From the NCBI GenBank assembly GCA_030390025.1, contig JASTWF010000326.1, positions 310,001 to 374,000 on the forward strand: a stretch of DNA of 64,000 nucleotides, in the 5' to 3' direction. Origin of the DNA: Squalus acanthias. Taxonomy: Eukaryota. Positions 1-13,261 of the stretch are shown piece after piece (position 1 is the first letter of the stretch; each line of letters opens with the position of its first letter). The notes under the pieces are model-generated. The model ran no database searches, was not told the origin of the DNA, and was given only the letters and a program-made list of their open reading frames with translations. The position numbers were made by a program, and so were the translations under genes.

Positions 1-47
1 TCCCTTCACCTCTATTTTAAGTGTTATTAACCAGTTTTATTGTTTTG

Positions 48-290
48 GTGGTGATGGTCGAGGAAGGAATGTTAGGCAGGATAAAGGGAAAACCTCCTGA
101 TCTTCTTTGAATTGTGTCACGGTTTCTTTTACGTCCACCTAAACAGACAGACCGGGTCCTATCCAAAAGATGGCATCTCTGATAATGTAGCAATCCCTCA
201 TTGTCAGCCTAGATTAATGTGTTCAAGTCCCTTAAATGAGCTTGAACCCAGAACTTCTGACCAAAAGCACAACTGCTATCACTGCCAAGC
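48..290 (-). mobile_element. Decayed DeuSINE (SacSINE1/AmnSINE-like) fragment
   Basis: Reverse complement shows a tRNA-like B-box region (GTCAGAAGTTCTGGGTTCAAG) followed by GACTTGAACACATTAATCTAGGCTGACA..TGAGGGATTGCTACATTATCAGAGATGCCATCTTT, matching the Deu-domain SINE pattern as I recall it. A similar copy lies at ~47.3-47.6 kb. Confidence 0.6.
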
Positions 291-839
291 GAACAATATC
301 TGCACTTCAAAAGTATATATATATATTTTAAAAAGCACACCACGAACATAATGGGGAACAAACCTTCAGGTAGCACCAGCTACATAACGCACAAATGCTA
401 CAGACAGGAGTGTATCATACATCGGCAGGAAACACAATTATACAGGATATCTTCCTATTTGATTAATAATCTGGCTTTCAAAAAGTGTTTTCAGGTGCGT
501 CCATAGTACAAAAACTCAAAATACCTGGTTTTAGTGTTGGTGTGTGTGTGCCTGATGTTCTGAATGATGAAGTTGTACAGAAGAATCTAATACAAAATGT
601 ACAACCTCTCTGCATGCTTTATAATTGTATCCTGAAATGATGTGCTAATCTGTAATAGCAAGTTAAGATTTTTTTCACATTTACTTTTAAATGCTAAAAC
701 ATATACTTCAACAATTCATTTTTGATGGCCGGTATTTGAAGTAGTATTACAATGAGATAGTATTGATAATGTTACAGGCAGTTATAGGCACAGGAACAAA
801 CTGCTCAACATCTTGACGAACAACAGCATATAACATTGG

Positions 840-1466
840 GAATAAAAAGGGCGAATGAAGTGGTTAAAAGTTAAATTAGCAGCTTAACTGACTAGCTGGC
901 TGATGTAATAAAGGAGAAATAACAACAGAAAACGCTGGAAAAACTCAGCAGGCCAGGCAGCATCCGTGGAGAGAGAAAGAGAGTTGACGTTTCAGGTCGA
1001 TGACCTTTCTAGGAGAAGTCTGGCAGAACAAAGATAGTTGCTGACAGTTGGAAAAAGCATATTACACGATGATTGGGGGAGTGAAAGGCGGCAAGGAGGC
1101 CATATATTGAACAATGGGCCGCCAATGTGATTTGCGAAGATGTGGTTAAGTGTACGAAATTGGATAAGAGCTAAAGAGTAGAACAATGGCAGATGTGGAA
1201 ACAGGGCAAATGAGATAAACAAGATGTGTTTTGTGGAGATGTGCTTAAGTGTACATGACTTGGACAATTAATTGGCCAAGTCCCGAAGATGTGAAGGAAA
1301 CAAGATGTAAGATTGTATATAAACCAACTGCTCAAATGTAAAAATTAGACTCCCGTCTCAGCTCAGACTGAGAGGGCCTCTCCCTGCACGTGCTTGAATA
1401 AAGATCGCTTGGAACCAGTACACGCTCATCTCCGTCTGCTTTGGGGCAGAGAGAAATCCCTCAACA
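840..1466 (+). mobile_element. Putative solo LTR (5' boundary uncertain)
   Basis: Short enhancer-like direct repeats (AGATGTG[G/C]TTAAGTGTAC x2; AAACAAGATGT x2), TATATAAA at ~1316, AATAAA at ~1397 and a terminal CAACA at 1466, in U3-R-U5 order. No TSD or 5' TG end resolved. Confidence 0.4.
919..1010 (-). mobile_element. ~92-nt Penelope-derived terminal insert with partial hammerhead
   Basis: Reverse complement GAAAGGTCATCGACCTGAAACGTCAACTC...CCAGCGTTTTCTGTTGTTAT; flanked by direct repeat AGGAGAA (912-918 and 1011-1017). Confidence 0.75.
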
Positions 1467-3548
1467 GGGAAATAAAAACATGATTATTTTACACTACATG
1501 TGTACTTTGTTGATCTCACAATAAATGAGGGCCCTCTCATGGGCCCAGTTCCCACCATATCTTTCGATAATATCCTATTCGAGGGAAAGTATTGCATGTT
1601 AGTGCAAGTTTTTGCAAATTGAGGCGGCTATATATGGAACTGTCATGTGTGATGGCGAAAAGTAGTCAGAGCAGTTAATTTAATTGACTTTGTTATACGG
1701 GGGAAAAAAAACCAAATCTAGATGCAAGTAGTTGGAACCAAGGGATCGATAAAATATTTTCTATAAACCACATATTGCCTTTTATAGCAAATTACAGCAG
1801 AAAATGTTATTCTCTTCAAACTGAACAGGTAAAGGAATACATTACACTAATTAAGAGCATTTAACAAGTATGCACGATCATTTTGAATAGTCAGTTCTTA
1901 GCTAAACCATGTTCTTTTCGTGTGTGCATTCTCAAACCCTTCTAGCTTTCATTATTTTCTCCCTCAAAGCATTTTCCATCTTGATTCACTGTCAGGCATC
2001 CCTAAATACCCTTCAAGATACCCACTCCTCAGAGGTGTACAAGTTTTACTCTAATTTTCCCCTTTTTTTTGTTAAGTACCCATCTTATTTCCAAGCCTGA
2101 AGCTATGATATGCCAGGCTAGGAACTCAGAATAAGTAGGGAAGGAGAGAAAACACAACTGTGAACTCATGTCCTACCACATTATCTAGGAACGTGTCAGC
2201 ACATTGCTCCAGGTGCAATGTGTTTAGAAGGAGCAATATGTGCTAGTTCCATTAAAAAATAATCTGTTTCATAGACACAAGAGATTTTCAAGCTTTGCTT
2301 ATGACTAAAAGCTCAACAAATGTATTTGTTTAAAAAGGTTTTATTTGGATTTTTCACAACACAAAGAATAAACACACGATGCTAGCCAACAGCAGCAAGT
2401 TGTCTTCCTTGACTTGAACAAGATGGTCTCGAACTATCCTCCAGCATTTCTAACCTCTTCACCTCAACAAAAACCCTCACAGCTTTCCCTTAAACAAACT
2501 CTACTGCACTCACAGCTTTCTGGTTTCAAAAAGCCTGCATGTCCTGTTTTGTCCAGAGTATGCCTAAATCCAGTGTCAGCTTTCAGTCAGATTGACTATG
2601 CCACAGTCCCAATAAGAGTGGAATTCACCAGGCTGACTTGGCAATGCCCCCTTTTGAGTTATGGCCAAGTAGTAAGTGTGAACAATCACTAGAATGTTAA
2701 ATTATTTTTTTAATATCTGCACCATGTTGGTTCAGACACCCCTGAATCTTAATCTACATCTCCAAGCCCTGCTGTTCTGCAAATTTAATCCCATGAGCTA
2801 AATTTACACCAAGGTGTAAACATGATGTAGTCAGAAATCCTAAAACATGACAACAGCACTGAACCCGTGTTGGGCTGCGGAGATGCTGAGAGGATAGAGA
2901 AGTTTGTGCAGTTCAGCATACATTTTGAAACAGACAAACATGGTGAACATTAAGGAAAGCACCCCAAAGAATAGGAACAATGCTAAACTTGGTTTCTTCT
3001 GTAAAACGAATGACAGAAATAATATTTAACTGCTCACTTTGCAATCAATACTCTTAAAATGACCTTTAGTTGAGCAGAAAGAAAATCAAGGCTTTGACTT
3101 GGCAATTCAGGAACTAAGCTAGAGATTGAAGAAACTAAAGCTTAATTAGTGACAAAACATAGGCCTGGAATTTGCAGTGGGTAATGATGGTGAACTAACA
3201 GTGTTTGCCGTCATTACCCCTCTGAAACTGACCACAACTCAGGATTTAGCACGTGCGCATCTAAACATGGAAAAACGCAGAAATCCTGAAGTTACGGTCA
3301 GTCATTCACTGCTCTGACATTGTCTGCACTGTGCCCCTCCCCTCTACAAAAAAAATTCTGCACTTTTGTGGCACTTTGTGTGGGTAGGTACTATCTCATG
3401 GAGTTGTGTGTTCACAACTGGTAGCTGCTTAAAATGGATCAATTTATTAGGCTAACAGCAATTAACAGCTTGAATAATAGTGACAACAAATGAATCAAAA
3501 GTAAATAATCTTACTACTGCAATAAATGTTTTAAATCAACAGCTTCAC

Positions 3549-3658
3549 CCTGAAACGTTAACTCTGTTTCTCTCTCCACGGATGCTGCCTGGCCTGCTGA
3601 GTTTTTCCAGCGTTTTCTGTTGTTATTTCGGATTTCCAGCATCCACAGTATTTTGCTA
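3549..3658 (+). mobile_element. Penelope-derived short terminal insert nested in the TIR element
   Basis: CCTGAAACGTTAACTCTGTTTCTCTCTCCACGGATGCTGCCTGGCCTGCTGAG...; same family as 919-1010. Confidence 0.7.
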
Positions 3659-4133
3659 TCGTATTAGCTTTTTAAAATATCTGTACTGATAACTTCAGCT
3701 AATTAGGTGTTACTAAAGCACTCAGCAGGCACAGAGAAAGTGGGGAAAATAACAACATTGTACCTTGATTGTTCTTGTTTCTGCCATTTATGGTTTTAAA
3801 AACATTGTAAAACATTTTGGCGTCTGTTTACCAATAAGTTTATATTTGAATTTGTAGTTTTAAAAGTTCAATGGCCCGTAATTTGATGACAGCAGCGAAG
3901 CAAATCTCTGTGGGCAGCTTTCTTCGGGGCCAACAGCGAGCGCCTTTGCTTCTCACGATCTCGGTGGCGAGAACTTTGCCTTTTTTGACATTCAATTGAT
4001 TTCAGCGCTCTGTAATGGGAATCCCTAGTGCGATGCTGCTGTGACGTCAACAAGCTGTGAAAGCAACTAATCACATTGCAGAATTCTCTCAGAAATGAGA
4101 AGCTGATTTTATCCAGACTTTTTAAAAATGTTA

Positions 4134-4238
4134 GAGTTCCGACGAAAGGTCATCGACCTGAAATGTTAACTCTGTTTCTCTCTCCCCACAGATGCTGCCT
4201 GACTTGCTTAGTACTTCCAGCATTTTCTGTTTTTATTT
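4134..4238 (+). mobile_element. Penelope-derived short terminal insert with mutated hammerhead
   Basis: GAGTT-CCGACGA-A-AGGTC(ATC)GACCT-GAAA-TGTT-AACTC followed by the family 3' tail; core U4 and stem III are mutated. Confidence 0.7.
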
Positions 4239-6775
4239 AAACCTTCACATTTAATAGGGTATTTAAAGCGATATTACTGCAGAAAAGCCAAAGTTTCAGC
4301 AGTTTCACTGATTACAGGCTATGGGGGGAGGGAGTCCACAGCGCAGCCAGTGTCGGAGCAGTGAATGACTGACCGCAACTCCAGGTATTCCACGTTTAGA
4401 TGCGCATGCGCTACATCCTGAAGTTACAGCCAGTTTCAGAGGGGTAAAGATGGCGAACGCTGTTCGCAAATTAAAGGCCCATGTAATTCAAAGTTAATTC
4501 AGTTTATATTGTCAGAAAACATTTTAATTTCAGGACAGAGCAAGAAACACGACAATGTATAACAAAATCTCCATGAACGGAATGTCAGCATAACATCGAC
4601 TACAATCTTTATTGGCAAAACCTTATCCAAAACAACTCAAAACCTTAATACATTCAAATGGCACAAAAATATGAGGCACATAATGCAAATGTTTTTAAAT
4701 TCAGTCAAGACGACAAGAAAATCAAATAAATATTTAAACTAGAAAACTTTTTGGAAAAAAAGCTTACGCCCTAAGATTTTTGAAGCAAACATGGATGGTA
4801 TGTTTGATACAATTTCCTAGAAGAATAAAATATTTATCTAATTTGGTTTCTCTTGGTTATGATTGAAATTTACAGAATTTGCGTTCCTTTATTTTATTTA
4901 AAATGGATTCACCTACACTAAGAACCATGAGTAAGTAACAATTCTAAGATACCCTAGTTGTGTATACATATACACGTAGGATTAGGATTTGGTTTAGGTT
5001 TAATCTCATATGATTAAAGTTTCTGGTTCATTCCCAGGATGTTTTAGGGTTTGATTTGTCAGGGTACAATTTAGCTGACACTGTGCTTTAATTGTTTCCT
5101 CAAACTACAGGATGTACAAGATTTGTGTCTCTTGACTTTTCATGGCCACATTTGGAAAAAATTACCCAAGGCAGTTTTGATAAAGAGTGAGACAATAGGA
5201 CAGGATGGTAACCAGTTGGCATCTGTTGTTTTGAAGGAAATGCATCCTTCCTGGGGGTCTTGTTCACAATAACACTTGTCATGCCATAATGAATCGGCAT
5301 TGACAGTATTCCGTAAGAAACAGACTATAAAAATCTCAAGCTTTTCTTGACAATTTGTAGAGAAAAATCAGGGTTGGAAAGGAACAACAACGAAGGTTTT
5401 GTCTATACCCAGGTAAATTGGGGTAATACCGTTTATTTCTCTGTATGTCTACTGCTTAAACATATTGTGTGTGTCTGAACTTGGTCGAACACAAACAGAT
5501 TTTTGTTGCATCCATATTTGGAGTCAGAGTCGAACTTGTTACACAATACCATATTTACTTTGTAAAGAGATATAGAAGAAAGAAGGTGACAGAATAGATA
5601 GATGCAAAGAGAGAGAGACACAGAGTAAGGATATAGATGACCACAATAGGCATTTTTATTTGCTGTTGTTATCTAAATGAATCTTCCTTCAAACAAATGA
5701 AGACTCAGCTACTGCATTTGTCAGGAAACATTAATTGGCAAGTTATTCTGCACACGTTACATTGAGGTAAAGTGGTTTTGATTTTGCATTGATGCAAATC
5801 GTGCAATTAATTCAGGAGTGAAGTCACAGGGACACATGTCAGTACTGCCCTAATGCTTTACTTCAGTCCCAGGTAATTGAGATCAAGGTGTATAAAACAA
5901 CTCAATTTGATTCGACAAAAAATAATTGGTAGTATTAACTACACAACTGTGAAGTGGGGCGAGGACTCAGCTGAAAAAATACCTTTTTGAAACCGGTGTA
6001 AAAGGTGCAGTCACCAGCCAACTGCACATGATATCTTACCAGGTACAGTCTTCCATAAAGATAAATGTTGAATGTTTCAGACTGGATGGCATGATACCAG
6101 ATATGCTACTACGGAGTGCACAGACCATCTAAAAATAAATGTATGTACAGTATTGTGAAGTAAATGACAGAACACAGGAGTTGCAACAAGCACTCCCTTT
6201 CTTCTTTAATGCTGGTATCACATAACACATTTGAAGCATGTGCCAGCTTGCTTTGATGCAGTGTGGCACAATAGGTTACACACACACAAAACATTTTATT
6301 GCAATATTTTGTGTCAATGAATGACAAGTTTTTCAGTGTGAATAAAACCAGTGATAAAAATATCAGTGATTACATTCTGATAATTGATGCTTTTTGCAAA
6401 CTAAAATCTTGAATTTAACAAATACAAATCCAATAAGCAGAGGACACGATGAGCTTTGTTCACAACGCAAGATGTAAAGCACTGTCCTCGCATGCAGTGT
6501 TGTTTACAAGCTTAAATTCAACTTCAAAAAGTATAGCAATTTTTCTGTATATAGATTAAACATTGAGGCTTTTTTTTTGGTTTGCCACCATTGTGGCTCC
6601 AGTCCATTGAAATCAAAGGATAATGCCGTAATGGTGAAGGTAATGCTTGCTATTCCTACTTCCTCCAGAGGATGGTGCATACATAATCCAGTATTATAAA
6701 ACAGGCCTATTATTCAGTCGCTGGCACTGTTACCTCTCTCTTATCCTGTTACAACAACTAAAAAAAAGAGACAAT

Positions 6776-7442
6776 GGCCTGGATTTTCAGGGGGCTATGA
6801 CTGCATACGTGGTGCGTACGCAGCCCGCAAGATCCAGGTTTATGCATGCGCGAAAACCCGGAACTTGCAATCTCCCTGGGAAATAGACATCCGCTGGCGG
6901 AGAGTTGGGCTATTTGCCCAACGAATGCCCATGAAACTCTTACACCTGGTAAAAGCAGGCGTAAGGCCTTCTTTTACCAGCGTAAGGGTGAAAATAAATA
7001 TTAAAATAAAATGTTTTAAACCATTGTAAAATAAGTTTGTTATTTTTGGCCCCCTTGAAAAATGTTTAATTTATTTTTCAAAAAATAAAATTTTTGTTTT
7101 AAATGTTTAATTAAATTAATTTAATTAATTTTAAACAGATAATTTTTTTTTTTAAATTTCAGTGCTATAAAAATGTATTTTTTGGGTGATTCCGTACGTA
7201 AATGGAATCCCCATAAGCATAATGGGAATCCCCTTTCTGATTGGTTGGGCCAGCCCACGTGATCCCAGGGACGCTTGGGAACCGCATGCACTCCTGGGAT
7301 ACGTGGACCTCTACACAGGCCTACGCGTAGAGGCCCAGGAGCACGAGTCTCCGTGGATCGAGGACCATCAGATAGGTGTGTACTTTTATTGCGGTTCGAA
7401 GGCATCCGCCCGCGGGAAGCCTCCGACCGCAAATTCAGTCCC
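6776..7442. mobile_element. Non-autonomous TIR element (Harbinger-like MITE)
   Basis: Ends GGCCTGGATTTT and GCAAATTCAGTCCC; CpG-rich arms around a very AT-rich core; CACGTGATCCCAGGG motif shared with 28084-28849; flanks AAT/ATT. Confidence 0.7.
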
Positions 7443-9480
7443 ATTATACTTCCTCGGACAAACCACGAGCAAGGGCACAGGAGAAATTGTCCAGAATTTT
7501 ATCAGATGCATTCAACCACATAGAAATTCTTTCTTGTGCCCTGCTTTCTTCAAAACAGGGTTACATTTTCAATTGGGATGATTAGAAAGAGAGTAGGTAA
7601 AAATTAAGGTACAGATTATATTAGATATAATATAGGATCTGGACTTAGTTTTCTGCACAGTGAATTCACATCTGCAAGTCTCTGATGGGGATCATCTGTT
7701 ATTCCAGATAACTCTTGAATCAATACATTTTAAATTTTTTACAGAAACTTTTTTCAACTACACAAAAAGGCTTTCTGTTCTCTCATTTCTTCAATGTGTG
7801 AACTGAAGAAGAGCTTTCTCTCCATCTTTTTGGGGAATTTTTAAGGATTGCATAGTTTTTGGAAATCCATAGTGAATTAATTATTCACACCTATGAAGCT
7901 ATTTATTTTAATGCAAAATGATTCCTTCTACTAGGAACAATACCGCTAAAATAAGTTTCAGTCAGTAAAGGAAATAATTGGTACAAGCATTCACTATGGA
8001 ACAAGCTACATACTATGTAAACTGTTCTCAGCATAGAAGTATATTGATATGATATTTTAAGCTCAAGTTTTTGGAGGTTTACTGCCAATTAAGGCTCCAA
8101 TGGAGAGTACAACTTCTTACTTGTTTAGATATGTGGAAAGGAGGTGTGCGGGGGGGAAGCCGGACTACTACTGTATACAGCTGCTGGTATTGTGTTTTGA
8201 TACTTGGTGGCATTTTCTATGTTAATTAGGTATCTTTATGCAAAAATAAAAATAGAAGTTATGATTGACTGAGAAAGAGAAAAGTCAGAAGCAATAAATA
8301 GAATATGCCATGGATCTGATAAAGGGAAGTGAGGATACTTCCTTTGTGCAGATGTATTACAAAATGAATTAACACTCAAAAGCTCCTTTCTGCTTTTCCC
8401 CCTTCCGTCTTGATTTTTTTAAAAAACCTGATTGACGGCTCAATTTCTGCTAGGCCGTTTCACACTGAAGGGAAATTAATTGATGCTACGGTTCTGTCAA
8501 GTAAATCCTGCAGTTACAGTAAGATTGCTGACCCATAAAATATGGTCAGATCACAAAAATGGAAGACAGTGGGGGCATCCACAAGAGAGTAGGGTCATTT
8601 TTTGCTCCAATCAAATGGCTCTGCAAAATCAATGAAAGTGATGGTTGTTAGGTCGAAACACATCACACATCACTAATTAAACATTTAACTAGAAGCAGCA
8701 CAAAACAAAAATCCTTAATTGTTAATTTTCTATTGCTTAAAACTCAGTTGTTTCATTACCAAATAGTAGCTTGCCTTAACATAATGGATTTGCTTTCCAC
8801 AAACACTGATTTACCTTTCAAACAAATTTAATTTTTTTTTTTCTGAGAACATGGTAGTTTGTGAATAAGGCTGCTGTGCAAATCTTACTTTGTACTTATT
8901 AAATTCAGAAAGACCAATAAAGCGTCGCTCACTAATTCTGACAGAGTGCAAGGACATTGCCGCTATTTGCTGGAAAAGACTCAATCTTCCGATAATAAGA
9001 CTCCACTTTTCAAGATTACTGAAGTTTACAAAATACATTGTCATTGGAGCTTAGTAAATGCCACAAGAGAAAGAACAGGCATGAACAATTTCCATTCCTG
9101 GCAAACATCCATTCTTCAAATAAAGTCATCAGCTAATCCAATTACAGGGTACAAAAAGAACAATCAGAACTAACAATTTTGCTTGCTGTTTTTATTTTGC
9201 TACGACAAAAAGCAATCTACTGGCAATCAAATGCAAATAGACACTTAATAATGGACTTCTTTATAAATACACAGTGGTGAAGAATTGAACTGACAACACA
9301 ACAGTTCTCAGAAATAGAAGTGCCTTTAATTGTAAAACTGATTCTTCCAATTTTCAACATTTACATCGTGGGGGGGAAGCAAAGCTTTCAAATGTTACTA
9401 ACTTTGCAAGGTTCATTGCTGACAGAAGCCTCCTTTAAATTAGTGGCATCCTTTTTTTGCAGAATTATAGCACCTATGTC

Positions 9481-10583
9481 CGACGGGCCACAGCGAAAAA
9501 ATCGCACAGACCTCCTCAGAAGGCGAACACGGGACACAACCAACAGAGTACCTTACGTCGTCCAGTACTTCCCCGGAGCGGAGAAACTACGCCATGTTCT
9601 TCGCAGCCTTCAACATGTCATCGATGACGATGAACAGCTCGCTAAGGCCATCCCCACGCCTCCACTACTCGCCTTCAAGCAGCCGCCTAACCTCAAATGT
9701 ACCATCGTTCGCAGCAAATTACCCAGCTGTCAGGAGAACAGCAACCACGACACCACACAACCCTGCCACGCCAACCTCTGCAAGACATGCCAGATCATCA
9801 ACTCAGATACCATCATCACATGTGAGGACACTACCTACCAGGTACATGGTACATACTCATGTGACTCGGCCAACGTTGTCTACCTCATACGTTGCAGGAA
9901 AGTATGCACCACAGCATGGTACATCGGCGAGACCATGCAGACACTGTGACAACATATGAACGGACACCGCGCAACAATCGCCAGGCAGGATTGTTACCTC
10001 CCAGTTGGAGAACACTTCAGCAGTCAAGGACATTCAGCCTCGGATCTGCGGGTAAGCGTTCTCCAAGGCGGCCTTCGAGACACACAACAACGCAAAATCA
10101 TCGAGCAGAAACCGATAGCCAAGTTCCGCACCCATGAGGATGGCCTCAACCGGGATCTTGGTTTCATGTCACGCTACATGACGTAGAGTCATCCAGACTC
10201 GAGTCGTCGTTGGCTTGTTCACAGATGTGATTTCCAGTTTTAAAAAAAAGTAAAAAGCTTAACCATACAGACTGCAGCATTTGACACGTTGGACCCCCTG
10301 TGACCCCACCTCATTGTCTTAGCTGTATTTTGCTGTGTCTTTGATGTAATGCCTTCCTGACTGACCTGATTGTATCTCTGCCGAGGTGTGATGGAGGGCA
10401 GTTAGTAAGATTTACTGTAGTCGTCTGACATTGTACGCTACACATTGTTCTCTGTCTATATATGCTTTGCTGATTTGTATTCCTTCACTTTACCTGACGA
10501 AGGAGCAGCGCTCCGAAAGCTCGTGATTTCAAATAAAACTGTTGGACTATAACCTGGTGTTGTGCGACTTCTCATTTATGTCC
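9481..10583 (+). mobile_element. 5'-truncated Penelope-like retroelement (GIY-YIG endonuclease end plus terminal repeat)
   Basis: ORFs 9320-9949 and 9956-10186 read in one frame across a single stop: PLLAFKQPPNLK, CxxxLCKTC, NVVYLIRC, WYIGET, GHR, GEHFS, GLNRD, which is the PLE GIY-YIG signature. The 3' end matches the copy at 13262-13424. Confidence 0.9.
10490..10526 (+). ncRNA. Minimal type-I hammerhead ribozyme motif
   Basis: TTAC-CTGACGA-A-GGAGC(AGC)GCTCC-GAAA-GC-TC-GTGA: complete CUGANGA/GAAA core, 5-bp stem II, palindromic AGCT stem III, cleavage triplet CUC, stem I TTAC/GTGA. Confidence 0.8.
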
Positions 10584-11229
10584 AGGGTGTAGACTTAGTT
10601 TTGCTCTGTCCCAAAGGACTTTGAAGCCCAGCTGTTCAAACACTTCAATGATGCTAAATTAAATTTTATGCTGATGCTAGTTTATTCTTATTTTCTCATC
10701 AGGATTTCTTGACGGGAAGTTCCATTAGCTAGCCAGGAGAGGCAGAGCGAAAAGTAACAAAAAAATCTGGAATACAAAGTGCATTTTCCACTAAAATCCT
10801 ACGATCCTACTTTTAGTGGTAGCACAAATAAAGCAATAAGAAAGATCAGTGATGAGAAAAGGCCATTGAGCCCAAGTGAAGCTTATTCCTCGTAGTTGAC
10901 ATCATGGCCAGGATTCTCCTGTGATTCCACCTGAAATCAGATGGGATTGCAACAGAAAATGAAGGAATATGCAGCTACCTGTATTTCCTTCTCCCTGCTG
11001 GGACTGCCACTGGTCTCTCCATTCCCACCTGCTGCACATAAATGGTGGCAGAAGGCTGTACCCAGATCCTCTGTAGATTTCCTTCCCATCTACCTGCATT
11101 ATCACTGCTTTCCAGGCAAGAGTGGTGTGTGGGGTCAGAAGGGGTAAGAGGTTGAAAGTGCAGCACTCCGATTTAAGAGCAGCTACCACCCTATACCTGC
11201 CCGATGGATGAAGTTAAAATCAGTACATT

Positions 11230-12160
11230 GGTAACTAAACTAAACATCATTTTCTAAGTGTGTTCTATGAAGTCTTAGTATAATTGCCACCGATGTATAT
11301 TCCATAATTTTGGTTATGACCTCCAATTGTTTGGCTACATTGCTGGCTAATATATCTTGTATTATAGTGAAGTTTCTTTCCAAGTTCCTCTGTTCTAATT
11401 CATTTCTATTCATTGTATACGCCTGTCCACATTTTTGACACAACAGGTAAATACTTTACACTTAGTATTAAGTTTTATTTGCCATGTCTTCCCAATTACA
11501 TAACCAATCTCAATGCTATTGCACATCTTTTGCTGAATTCTCAGTCTCTACTACGCTCCCTCTTTTTGCATCAGCAAGTCTGTTCCATTTACACTTGGTT
11601 TCTGGTAGGTCAGTAATTTGCGTAGATTAGAAACAGCACAGGTCCAGACACTGATCCTTGTGCAACTCTGTTCAAAATATCTTCCAGTCCGGAATGACAT
11701 CTCTCCCAGTCTGGAATTACATCGAGTTTTTTTAAAAAAAAGCTTCATATCCATCCAATCCCATATTATCCTCAAGATTCTGATAGCTTCTAGTTCTGTT
11801 AGAAGTCTTTTACATGGGACTTTGTCAATAGCTTTCTGAAAACTACATCATAGGGAGTGCCACAATTTATTTTACATGTAATATTCTCAAAAAAAGTCAA
11901 GAAGCTGCACCAGGTAGGATGATCCCCTTCCAAATCCATGCTGGCTGTTTCTTAATTACTCATGTACTCCACCAGCCTCCCATCAGAATATATTCGATTA
12001 GCTTACCCATTAATGGTAGGTTGATGGGCCTTTAGTTTGTCCTGGTCAGCTTTGTTGCTCTTTTTAAATGCAGCTCCTACATTTGGTGGCTTCCAGTCCT
12101 GTGGAACTTCATCTGTGCTCAGCAATACTTTCATGACAACAGTCAATGCCACTGCACTCA
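11230..12160 (-). mobile_element. Old, degraded CR1 LINE RT fragment
   Basis: Minus-strand remnants SQHGF (~11935-11950) and FQKAIDKVPH (~11815-11845). Confidence 0.65.
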
Positions 12161-13261
12161 AATTATCATTCTAAAACTATGCCATGCTACCTTTTTCTCC
12201 CACCTTCAAAAAAGACTCCTCAAAAAGCAACCTCTTCAGCCATCTGTGGGATATTTTGTTAGGTGAAGTACAAGTTGTTACTACCTCAAATTATTTGGAG
12301 GTCTCTTTCAGCAGCTTAAAGATATATACCATCTGGTTAATGGATTTGTTTATCTAGTACCTCTGCTATGCTCACTTCCAAATCCCCTCAGATATGTAAT
12401 GTACAACATCAGGTTAGTATTTCTACTAAATACTTCTAAACATATGCAATTATATTCTCTCCTCAAATACCTTTTGTATTTAAGAAATAGTGAGGCAGGG
12501 TTAGAGGGAGGGGGATAATTGGAAAAAGTTGGGGGGATGGGGAAGAAAGCAAAAGGCAGAGACACGGAGAGATTTTGATTTGCAACCTCGGTGCCCTTTT
12601 TGATCCTGAGTTGAGATATCCACCCCATATCCTCTCCATCACAAAGCCCACCTATTCCACCTCCATAACATTGCCTGTCTTTGCCCCTGCTGCAGCCCAT
12701 CTGCTGCTGAAATCCTCATTTATGCCATGTCACCTTCAGATTCAACTATTCCAATATTCTCTTGGCTGGCTTTCCATTCTCCATAAACTTTAGCTCATCC
12801 AAAATTCTGCTGCTTATATTCTATCTTGCACCAATTCCCACTCACCTGTCTCTCCAATCCTAGCTTATTGGCTCTCGATCCCACAATGCCTCAAATTTAA
12901 AATTCTCAACCTTGTTTAAATCCGTTCATGGCCTCACCCCTTCCTATCTTTGTAAGTTCCTCAGTCCTACAGCCCTCCATAATTACCAGTACCTCCAATT
13001 TTGGCCTCTTATGAAACCATTCCTTCCTTTGCCCCACCATTGGCAGTTGTGCTTTCAGCTACCCAAGCTCCATGCTATGGAATTCCCTCCATAAACCCCC
13101 TGAACACCTTTAAGACCCTTTTTAAAACCCACCTCTTTGATAAAACTTTTTCTCACCCCTCCTAAAATCTCCTCCTTTGGCTCAGTATCCATTTTTGTCT
13201 AATTACAGCTCTGAAGCACCTTGGGATGTTTTTCGATGTTAACAGTGCTATATAAATGCAA

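Larger units (their letters stand above)
3162..4479. mobile_element. Non-autonomous DNA transposon (Harbinger-like) with long imperfect TIRs
   Basis: Left end GGCCTGGAATTTGC, right end GCAAATTAAAGGCC. About 150-170 bp at each end are inverted copies (e.g. GGTCAGTCATTCACTGCTC vs GAGCAGTGAATGACTGACC). The right end is homologous to 55950-56092. Confidence 0.75.

Noticed and set aside
5433..5620. Strong polypyrimidine tract followed by a short phase-1 frame on the minus strand
   Set aside because: The peptide has no recognisable features and the tract is explained by low-complexity (GA)n sequence.
6040..6128. 89-nt exon-like segment on minus strand (TTTTTAG|...|GTAAGA)
   Set aside because: Stop codon in the phase-1 frame needed after exon 1, and no Ig-like peptide; probably a pseudo-exon.
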